Source of the DNA: Lama guanicoe
Lineage: Eukaryota
Reading direction: 5' to 3'
NCBI GenBank assembly: GCA_013239625.1
Contig: MU053652.1
Coordinates: 9,216,507 to 9,280,506 of the forward strand
DNA length: 64,000 bases
The notes beneath the pieces were generated by a model. The model was not told the DNA's origin. It saw nothing but the letters and a program-made list of their open reading frames with translations, and searched no databases. The number at the start of each line of letters is the position of its first letter. The stretch's first letter is position 1. Shown one piece after another: positions 53,611 through 64,000 of this stretch. Position numbers and translations under genes: made by a program.

Positions 53611-54980
53611 TTTATCCATTCATTCAAGAAATATTTACTCAGCACCAATTATGTGTCAAGCAGTGTGCTGGGGACTGGGCTAGAGAAAGAATAAGCATAC
53701 AAACCCTCATGGGACTTATTTCTAAAGGGGACAGGCAGAAATAACAGAATTTAAAAATATATAAAAGTGATAAGTGTAAGGAGGAAAATTAGGAGATGCA
53801 GGGCATTTGGAGGAGGCAGGTAGTTATAATTTTACAATGGTGGGTCTAGGAAAGTCCTCAATAAAAAGGTGACGTTGGGAAAAACCAAAGTGAGTCATGA
53901 AGAGTTACAAAATAAAGGAATTTCAAACAGAGTGAACAGCAAAACCACAGCCTGGAAGAGAATGTGTGAGGTACAGCAAGGAGGCCAGTGAGGCTAGAAG
54001 AGAAGGAGTTGGGAAGAGTGAGGAGCAGGGAGGCATTTGGAGAAATAACAGGAGGCCAGATCCTTCAGGAATCGATGAAAACTGGAGTGACTTTGTCTTT
54101 TATTCCGAGTGAAACAGGAAATTGGGGGAATGACATGATCTGACTCACATTTGCACAGATCAGTTGGGAAGCTAGTGCAATAATCCAAGCAAGAGATGAG
54201 ATGGAGGTGTGAACAGATGGTAGCAGTGGCTGGAGATCACAAGAAAAGACGACCCAGAAGTTTGCTGATAAACCGAATGCACGTTGTGAGAGAGAAGGAG
54301 GAATCAGAGATGATGTCAAGATTTTTGGCCTGAGCAACTGAGAAAATGACATCACTTACTGAGATAAAGAAGACAGCGCTAGTTAGAAATTGGGGTGGGA
54401 GCAAGAGCAGGAGATGAACTTTGGACACATCAAGTTCAAGAGGTGTATTAAGTATCTCAGTGGGTAACTAGATACCTAACTCTCGAGTTCAGGTAAGAGT
54501 TCTAGTGTAGAGATATAAATTTGGGAATCACCCAGGTGGAGAATATAGGGGTGAGATATGCAAGCTGTGTAGACAGAAAAAAGAAGCATCCCAAGGAATG
54601 AGTCTTCAAGACTTTGATTTTTACAAGTTGAGAAATGAAAAAGAACCAACAAAAGTGGCTGAGGAAGCCAGTGAAGTAGGTGGTCAACGAGATATCCAAG
54701 TGGTGTTCTGGAGTTCAAGTGAACAAAACGTTCACAGGGAGACAAAATAACTTCAAAAGCTGCTTGTAGGTCAACAAAATGAGGACCAAGGACACTGACT
54801 ATTGGAGGTAGCAATGTTGAAGGCCTTGGGGTAACTGATAAGGACAGTATTTTTTTTTGGAGTGGTGGAAATGGAATTCTGTTTAGAGTGGGTTCAGGAG
54901 TAATGAGGAAGAGAACACATGGAGATGGAAACACTTTCCAAAAGTTCAGCTGTAACTGGAAAGAAGAAATGGGGCAGAAG
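53610..54980 (-). mobile_element. Long L2 fragment (about 1.4 kb) including the 3' end
   Basis: tccattcattcaagaaatatttactcagcaccaattatgtg...tgacatgatctgactcacattt...gatttttggcctgagcaactg...gatataaatttgggaatca. Confidence 0.88.
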
Positions 54981-57900
54981 TCGAAAAACCTTTTTTTAAT
55001 GGTAGAATTAATGGTATGTTAAAAAACACACATTATTTTAACCACATTTACTGATTAATGTAAATAAATCAGTATTCATTATTATCATCTATTAAGCTAA
55101 CAATCTGAAAGAAAACACCAATGCTTTGATTATGAATGGATATAATGCAAGGGAAAGAAGAGAATTCTGCTGCTAAAGTTATAACCTTTATCTGTAAGCA
55201 TCACACGGAGACTTCAGGATGGAAGTTCTTCCAAGTCACTCAGAGAACTCTTATCTACATTTTATAACATCATATTGCCCCTTCTGCTTTTTGTACAGAA
55301 GATAATTTCTTATCTAAAGCTTCTGAAGTCACAGTAAGCTTTTCCAAAAACATAGACTAAACATAACTTTATGACTAACTTTGCCTTCAAAGAACCATAG
55401 CCATAATGGCTGAATTTTGTGTGAGGATTCTCATCCTGAATGTTTAATTCAAGTCTCATTTTAAGTAACTAAAGGAATTACAGCTTCTTTAAACAACAGG
55501 ATGATAATACTGCATCCCTTAAAAACTAATATTAAATCCGCCCAATTCTCTGTGCTCAGAATTTTAAAACTTCAATAAATTTATATACTCCCTATATAAT
55601 TGTGTGTAAAACCTGATTTTCCCAAAGTCTCACAGGGGCCTTAATCATCGCTTACAGCTATTTGTCAGTTCTTCATCAGATCAAATCCTGCTGCTTCTAG
55701 TTATTATATAATAATAGCTTTTTAAACTTTAAATAATCTAGTTAATATTCTATCAAGCATCACTATTAATTTAAACAAGCACTTTCTTTTTTCAGCATCT
55801 TTTAATTAAACATTTGAATATTGTAATTATTTTCCTCTGCTGTTCTGTTTTCTCTTAATTTTGTATTTGTTAAATTATAATGATTATATTTTGTCCTGGA
55901 CATGGTGAAACATCCATTTTGAAAATAATTTCTTAAATCATCTATTATTCAATATTAAAACAATTCATCCTAAGTTAAAACTAATGACTACTTTTCAGTT
56001 TAAGTGACTATTTATTTTAGTAGATTCTTTGTCCTACTCGAACCAGGGTAAGTTTTCCTGAATTAGATTTTCTTATTACTGTCGTCTGTGGAATTGGGAA
56101 GTTATAGAAGTCTGTGCAAATAATTGCCTGTTAGCCTCATGAGTATTTAAACTATTTTTATTGAACAGAACACTAACTTGTATAGTATTTCACGAAACAT
56201 TTGTCCCCTCTCAACAGACTTTGTTTTCAGCAAATCTCTTTACGTTTTGCAAATCTTACTGTGGACTCTCCAGCTATGTTTAAACAAGGTCATCAACCCA
56301 AAGAGAAGATACTCTGATTCTTGCCACAAAACATAGTTTTAGAACGTCCCTCATAGCCCCTCATGCAGGACAGGGCATAATTCTGCTATCCACACATTTT
56401 TTTTAAGACTTTCAGGTATCAAGAATCCTGGCTTTTTCTTTTCCAAGAAAAACAGCTTTAACTCTCCAAATCTAAAACTTAGGCTGTGCAAAAATTTTAA
56501 AGCATTGGATCTGTGATAAGATGCTGACAATGCAGCTACTGGCAACCACAGGTACCTAGTGGCTGTAACACACACAGTGTTTTCTCCACACTTGAATCAA
56601 ACAGGATCTCACATATCTCAGATCTTGTTTTTGTTTTTTGTTTTTTGTTTTTTTAAAAGGGGGAAAAGGAACGGAAAGAAACGCTTTTGGCTGGCACTGG
56701 CTGGGTGTTGGAGGCATGAGGAGGTGTTAGCGAGAGGGATCCGGTATCTTTTTGTTCCATTAAAACCCTGGCTTGACAGGAAACACAGGGAAAACTTAGC
56801 CACAGAAATGGTGCATCCGCTGTGCGCGCCAACAAGTAGATTCTCCCACCGCTCCTTAGAATAAAGAAACTTATAGTCCTCTTTCTCTCGTGTTTCTGGC
56901 CACAGTCATCTTTCTTCCCTTCTTCTGCATTCACTATTGTGCTCTATTCCAATCACTTAATTTCCTTTCGTAAAAGTCTGAATGCCAAGAGTAAAAAGCC
57001 CTTAGGAAGTTGTCCACGATGGTTTGCCAATTCAATTCAAAATCTATATAGACTCTTGGACCTGTTAAAATGAGAATGTGATTTGATTGACCTACTTTTA
57101 GTTAGTTTTTTTTTTTTAAATAAGCGGGATTGAGTGAATTTGAGGGTGAACTGAATTTTAATTCCACATGCTGGAAATGTGACCCCAAGCTTCTGACTCT
57201 GCTGAGGAGTGTGCCGAACCAGCTGAGGGGGTGTCAACATTTGCCAGATAAGTCTATCATACTTGCTGTTTTTTTAAGGGACTGCTTTGGAAGGAATTTT
57301 CTTCCCTAATTTACGCCACATATATTTACTGAGCACCTACTAGATGGGCCAGGGGTCTTCAGAGCCCAGGGCATATTTCTCTTGAGACCAGACTCCTCCA
57401 AGGAGGAGAGCCATGGAAATAACTGAACGACCACATGAGTGGTGTTCCCCTCCTCAGACCCAAAAGAGAGATGGGTCAGAGGACAGTTCACAGTGGAGGT
57501 GAAAGATAACTAGGCCACACGTCATCGAAGAAAAATGAAAACCTTGAGCCAAAATGAAGGAGCACAGGTGTGGAGGTTCAGGTCCAGCTGAAAAGGAAGC
57601 CTGAGTTCAGGTTTTGAAGCATCCTGCGTGCCCTGGGAAGGCCATCATATGACACCAAGAGTTACATGAACCTTTGGGTCCTTCCCATTAATGAGCAGGA
57701 ACAACTCTAAATCCCATCTATTATTTTCTCAGTGGTTTCCCCGGATGGAGAGCCTCATTCCTGTACTGGGTTTCATTACTGAAGTCAGCTGCGGAAGAAT
57801 TTCCTTCTGAGAATTACAGAAACACAGTACGTAGAAGGAAAATCCTTCTAAGATGGAAGTTCCTAAAAGCATTCCAATATCCGTTCCACAAACTTGCAAA

Positions 57901-58052
57901 AGGCCTTTTCAACAGTGGCCTTAGACAAGCAATAATTTATGTCAAGTAAGTAATGATTATAGTGTGTTTATCAAACTGTATACATTTTGGCAAGAGAACT
58001 GGTGAGGATTTCCTAAATTAATAGGAGATGTATTGTAATTTTTATGGCTCAT

Positions 58053-58084
<32 letters not shown>
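58053..58084. repeat. (TG)8(AG)8 compound microsatellite
   Basis: Read directly from the sequence. Confidence 0.95.
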
Positions 58085-58085
<1 letters not shown>

Positions 58086-61000
58086 TTTAATACAGTAGAA
58101 CTTTCCAGCTATATTTTTATCAACTAATATGTATGTTTGGGATTTACAGATGACTGAGCAAGAATATATGTAATATGCAAAAACTTTCCATTCTTTATTA
58201 CTGAATACTCTATAAGGATCTTGAAAGGTTTAATCAGTGGCAACTTAAACTCCAGTCTACAAATCCTAAGTGGGATTATATGTGAACATACTTTCCCACT
58301 GGGACTGCATAGCCTGGCATATTAGATTGTAGCAGAATGCAATAAACAAGCATAATCACTTCCACACAAAAAATCTGTATCAATCTTTTCTTGATGACCT
58401 ACTTTCAGTGAGTTTTCTCCAGTATGCAATCACCCAAACAAATCTCCAGCAGGCTGTGCACCACAGTCTCAAAGCCTCACACTGAAAAAAAGTCAGTAGT
58501 CCCCTTGTATTTAAAGGGAAAACTCACTACATGGGAGTACATCTTCTCTGCCAGTATTCAGAGAAGACCAAACCCATCTCCCAGTAAGAGGCTTTATATT
58601 CCGTTATTATGAGAAGAGAGATTATTTGGCTAAATATTTTCTTCTCTTCACTAGCCTGAATGCCATTGTGTCTAATGTAACTTAATCCTCATCATGTTTG
58701 TAAAAAATTAAGAGCTGCTTTTTATTTTTTCAAAGAGACAGACGCTGTACAATTCTAATTTTAAAATGTGTAAGAGGAGGAGGAGGAGGTGGGGAGGGGT
58801 TCGGGGTGAGGAGGAGCCAGCCACCTTGAAAAGCTCTCGCCAAGTACAAGTAAAGATGGAATACTTTCATATGGGTGTTTAACCATCTGAGGGTGGTGGA
58901 GGGGCTGGTATAAAATTTTGAATAAATTATTGAGGAACAAAGAAGCATCTTGTGTGTTCTTGACTTCTTCTGCCAAGAATACTAAATAGCTAAAATGTAA
59001 TGAAAAGTTAGGAAGAAAGGGAGAAGCATTATGGGATACTCTTTTGTGGGATGGATGAAGCCCAGATTGTGCTGTATCTTAAAGGATTTAAGGGCAATAT
59101 GGACTAGCCATTCTTGGCTAATTAAAAATGATTTCATTCTTCGTACTTCTTTCCAGGAATCCATTTTGCAGGCAGCATTGCTATCTGTGTCCAAAATTCT
59201 TGCCCCATTTTGATAGACTGTTAGCCAAGAATCATATGCACACCAACTCACTCTTTGAAATTTTAGCACCAAGAGTTTACCTTTGTCACAGAATAGCAGC
59301 TGCCACCACCAAAAATTTAGCCTCAAATTGGGACAGACTTAACTGTGGAAATTATGTGACATTTTCTTAGCAGTAAGTAGGTGTTGAACAGAACATACAA
59401 GAAGTGTGTTTTAACTGAACATTTTGTCTATATATGTTGCTCCTTACACTACTGTTTTGAATGTGGTAGGGCAGAATACTGAAGGGGAGACAAAAGATGC
59501 GTAAAGTACTGAATGAAACAGTAAACGCTCCATGTTCAAAAGGAAGAGGTGCTGTTCATATGGCCACGAAGACATTTTTTAAATAAATTCACATCTTTAT
59601 TTTGCCTTTTTTTTTATGGCTTTCCAGACTTGAAATCTGATTCACGTGATCAAACATTTATTTCATTATTCTCTATTCTGGAAAGCTCGCACCAGGGTTC
59701 ATTTTATATTTCTAACCAGACTAACTCCTCAAAGAGAAAAACTATTAGTGTCAAGCACACAGTGGCTGTTCAATGAGGATCTAGTGAAATAAGTGCCATT
59801 GATCTCAACCAGACTCAGTCCCTTTGGCGAAGGACAGCACTGTATTCAGGTCACAGGAAGAAGCAGACCTTCCAGGAGGCAGGAAAAAGTCAGGCTGAAA
59901 CTATTCAGGATAATTCCTATCATTAAACTTAATGATTTTTCCAGAGGATGTAATCTTTTAATGCTCAAAATAAGATAATATCAATTTTGAGAAGCAGAAA
60001 AACACATATATATATTTATTTATTGTGTATATAAGCATATCTAAACAATATACAATCTATGCATGTATACATATATAAATATATTTATATATAAAATACT
60101 TACAGGAATGTATTTTATATATATGCACATTACATGTCATTTCCCCATTCTAAAAGCCATCAAAGGAAACTTGACTATAACTAAATGTTACTCATGTAAA
60201 ATTCATTCAGCTATACTTCTTAAATATAAAAGTCTTGCATCCAACTCGTATATCATAATATAGCTATATTTCTTCATTACACAAGGAAAAATATGCTCAC
60301 ATTTCTATCCTTGACAGCTGCCACTTTATCCCTTTCTGAAACTTAGTGATTCATTAATTTACCACTTTGTATATGTTTAATATATCTTGAGATACAGTAG
60401 ATAAAATCCCATCATATTTTTCGTACATTAAAAGGAAAAAATTACCAAAATCAATTTCAAATCAAATGCTAGGAAGCTTATTCCATCATTTTCCATCGCA
60501 CCGTTTTTATGTAAAACACAAGCTGCAAGCAATTTACAAAGATAATAGCTTATGCGATAGGACTATGATAGCCTTCAAGCAATCTGAAATCAGGGATCTT
60601 TAGAAAGCCTATTTACTGGCAGACAGTTGACTGAAATGTACAATACACCATGCTCATTTTAAAAAGGACAAAAAACAAGGATTTTAAAGGTGAAAGAAGT
60701 AGTTTTGATAAGATGATGAAAGTAGCCTGACACTATGAATATACTCAAATCCTTCCTATCCTTAAGCTTTTTTTAAGGTCGTACCTATGATCTCCTCTAA
60801 AATCAATAAAAACAGATCATTTTAAGCAACACCATTTCTTCTTATTACTTCTCAAGGCACTGAGTTAATCAGCTCAGAGGAAATGTTTACCATCAATTCC
60901 CATGTTTTGAGGTAAGAAGCCTGGAGTTCTACCACTCAGTAAATAAGAAGTGGTCACGCTACCTGCCTCTATTTCTCTCTCTTTTCTTCCCTTCTAACAT

Positions 61001-61254
61001 CAGCTTTTATAGCATTGTGTATATCTGCTGCCTCCACTTTTCCTTCCTGGATATTTCTCTAACTCTGTATGGTCCTCGCAACATCTTCACCTTCTCAAGG
61101 AGGATGTTCCCTTGTGGCCCAATGATGACTCACTCTCTAGATAATGGCACCAAGTCCAAGCAATGAGACCAATGACACTTATGTCATATGAGGCAATGTC
61201 TTTGGAAATACTTTTAAACATTAAAGTATTACATAGAGGATGGTATTGATATAC

Positions 61255-61865
61255 CTCCAAATTATCTACCAAATGTCCACTTTGACTGACCCAGTGTAAC
61301 AGCCTTTTAACTGAGTTTCCTCATTCCCAGTCTCACTCTGCTCCAGTCCACCCTATACTCTGATACACCTAAGAGATCTACTCGAATCATTCCGCTGCTC
61401 AAAACCCTTCAATGGTTCCCCACTATGTACTAGGCAATCTCCAAATCCTTCAATTAGCCATTAGAAATCCTACCTACTATTTGAAACTTATCCACTAATA
61501 TACACCCATCCCAATTTTCCCCTCCCTCTAAACACTACACTCTCATTCTTATTCCATGCTTCTGTGTATACCATCATTTTCGTCACCAGTGCCCTTCTCC
61601 CAAACAGTGACCCCTGAAGACCTACCTACCCCCACCACCCAGCAGGGTCAACATCCAACATCATCTCCTCTTAGAAACATTCCCAGAGGTGAATTTACAC
61701 TCCCACCCAACTCACAGTTTCATGTTCTGCAAACTCTGCCATGTATGAGAGCTACTTCTGTACAGATTTTTCTCTCTTGCAAAGGTTTACCAGACCACTA
61801 GAGAAATATTCTCTCTAGGAGAATATTAATCACAAACAAGGTGCTCAATAAACATTCAATGACTT
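61255..61865 (+). mobile_element. L2 3' fragment
   Basis: acagccttttaactgagtttcc...ctgctcaaaacccttcaatggttcccca...ggtgctcaataaacattcaatga. Confidence 0.75.
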
Positions 61866-62546
61866 GATTTGTGCTTGTGTTCTCACCATTTATGATTAAG
61901 AATATTAAAACAGTTCTTTGGACCATCTAAAAAGTTCTTTGTAAATTTCTAAATGCTATCAGTGCTTTTCAAATATAGCAAAAACAAATAGTTTAGATAG
62001 CATGATAAATAATGAAAATGTAATTTTAAACACATACACAAAATGAACTGCTGAAATGAAAAAATACAGCTAAATCCTGTAACTATTACATAATAAAAAA
62101 ATCGTAACTCTGATTCTAACCAATTATGCATGGAGAAAGAAAATAATCAAGACAAGGGAACAGTAAGAATATGTATCATTGACAAAAAGAAAGATATTAG
62201 GTGCCCATGTCCTGGTAAATGCACTTGTGTCTCCAATCGGAGTGGTTCAGTAATCCTCCCATCTGCTGACAGACTTGAATCTCTGGACCAACTCCAAGAC
62301 CGTCTGGCCTCCTATAGCTCCCCTGGCTTGCAAAGACTGTGAGGTCAACCATTATAGTCCACACTCCTCCTTCTAGGGTTACTCTGAAACTGAAACTGCC
62401 TTAAGAAGAGGAGAGAGGGGTGGGAAGTTTTCCAGGGCCTTTGTCCTGTGGTACTAGCTTTGTTTTAGGATAGGATGAAACTTGCCAGTATCTCCACCTT
62501 AAGAAAAACGAACTAAGATTGGTAGTATCACGAGGTTGACCTAGAT

Positions 62547-63099
62547 CTGTCGTTTTTAAACCCTGGCTGTACTGTGTAATCACCTGGGGAGTTTTAAGAA
62601 AATATTCACGTCTGGGCCCTTGCACCCACTCATGTACTTGATCCAGGGTAGGGCCCAGATCAGTATGTTTTAAAAGTTCCTGTGGAATATAGTCAGCTCA
62701 GGCTGCTATAAAAAGAAAACCATTGACTGGGTGGCTTAAACAACATTTATTTCTCACAGTTCTGGAGGCTTAGAAGTCCAAGATCAAGGGGCTAAAAGAT
62801 TTGGGTCCTGGAGGGAGCTCTTTCTTGGCTTACAGATAGCTGCCTTCTTTCTGTGTTCCTGCATGGCAGAGAGAAAGAGACCTTTGGTCTCTTTTTCCCT
62901 TCTTAAAAGGACATTAATCCCATCAAGGGGACTCCACCCTCATGCTCTCACCCAAACCTAATTACCTCCCCAAGGTTCCACCTCCAAATACCAGCACAAT
63001 GGGGGTTAGGACTTCAACACAGGAATACCAGGAGGGACACAATCATTCAGTCCATAACACCAGATAATTTGAAAGTCCAGCCAGGACTGAGAACCACTG
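62547..63099 (+). mobile_element. MER5A1-like hAT MITE split by MLT1A (arms about 62547-62680 and 63060-63099), with an 8-bp TSD
   Basis: aaccctggctgtactgtgtaatcacctggggagtttt...aaaagttcc | ccagataatttgaaagtccagccaggactgagaaccactg. Flanks are acctagat (62539-62546) and acctggat (63100-63107). Confidence 0.85.
62685..63059 (-). mobile_element. MLT1A/MLT1A0 (ERVL-MaLR) solo LTR
   Basis: ggctgctata...ctgggtggcttaaacaacatttatttctcacagttctggaggc...agtccaagatcaagg...cattcagtccataaca. Confidence 0.9.
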
Positions 63100-64000
63100 A
63101 CCTGGATTGGTGCTTATCAATCTTTTTTCACACTGAAACAAACACGACAGGGGATCATGCATGCAATACTCTCCGACTGGCAGACCAAGATTCTGCACGA
63201 TTCTGTGTGCTGGGTGAGATGCCACCCTTATGTGTCCCATTCCAGGTAATGTGCCAAAATGCAAGAGGACGAAAATGTCATTACAGAAGTACTTCTTAAT
63301 CTAGTGACAATGTGATTGACAACCATGAGAAAAACCTAGAAAAGTTCCTTATATCTGGCCAGCATTTTTTTTTAGACCAAGCACACAATCAGGACTTTGG
63401 TGGTGACCATGATTTCTGCAAAAAGAGGTCATTTTAAACAGAAACATTTTCTTTCATTCCTACTCGAGGTACTAAGTTTATCAGTTCAGAGAAAAGGTCT
63501 ATTGTCAAGACCCAAACTCTTTAGGTAAAATGTTAGAGCTCTAGGCATCAAGAAATAAGCAGACGGGTCAGTGACAGTGAAAGAAAAGAAAAATAATGGT
63601 GACAATGTGGAAAGCAGAGAGAGAGAAGGACAGAAGGATCCTCCCAGAGTGGAGAGGTACCTGCGGACACTGTTCTCAATATTTTAACAGAAAATTCTTT
63701 TTTCCTACTAATTAATCATCATTCTTTCCAAAGCTATAAAGCCTGTATCTCCAAGGAAACTTGTACAAAATTTATCTTTTGTCAGTGGGTCCATAAATTG
63801 GTATGTGCCTACTGAATGAAACCAGAAAGTTGACATTAACCAGGACTCTGAATACTCGCATTTATCTTAACATCTGCGTGCAAGTATCAGAAGCAAAAAG
63901 AAAAAAAAGAGAGACAAGCTGCCCATTTTTACATATTATAATTTTTAGGCAGAAAGAAATGTCAACACGTGCTTATAAAATTATGTTAACTACCAAGTCC

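Larger units (their letters stand above)
18243..64000 (-). other. PTPRZ1: PTPRZ1 intron 1 (3' part; exon 1 lies beyond the right end)
   Basis: Lies upstream of exon 2 on the minus strand. No exon-1 peptide (MRILKRFLACIQLLCVCRL-like) or CpG island was seen by eye. Confidence 0.85.

Noticed and set aside
54476..54934. 152-aa ORF (also 36403..36858 and 39119..39559)
   Set aside because: These lie largely within decayed L2 or L1 sequence and are chance open frames.
61122..61200. ATGATGA C-box-like motif (possible C/D snoRNA)
   Set aside because: No properly placed CTGA D-box or terminal stem.
1..64000. CRISPR array, operon, rRNA/tRNA genes, intact transposase or retroviral ORFs, or a novel multi-gene system
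   Set aside because: The sequence is mammalian intronic DNA. No regularly spaced repeats, structured RNA genes or intact element ORFs were seen.

Overview
AT-rich, CpG-depleted mammalian genomic DNA. It is most likely a cetartiodactyl and tentatively a camelid: L1 3'-UTR fragments are of artiodactyl type, and I recognised no Alu, B1/B2, Bov-A/Bov-tA, PRE-1, CHR-2 or Can-SINE. The whole window appears to lie inside PTPRZ1 (receptor tyrosine phosphatase zeta/phosphacan), transcribed on the minus strand. The only coding sequence I can support is the 66-nt exon 2 (18177..18242, [D][21 protein letters not shown][G]), which is too short for the ORF track. Everything to its right is intron 1 and everything to its left is intron 2. 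Exons 1 and 3 were not found. The rest is ancient interspersed repeats (MIR, L2, L1M, HAL1, MER2B, MER5A, a Tigger1-derived element, MLT1A, an ERV1 solo LTR, a MamSINE1-like copy), short younger L1 3' fragments with target-site duplications, microsatellites, and unique sequence carrying some candidate glial enhancer motifs. None of the listed ORFs looks like a real gene. I found no evidence for a novel biological system, and the findings are modest. Repeat family names and the human PTPRZ1 comparison come from recalled sequences, and most repeat boundaries are approximate.
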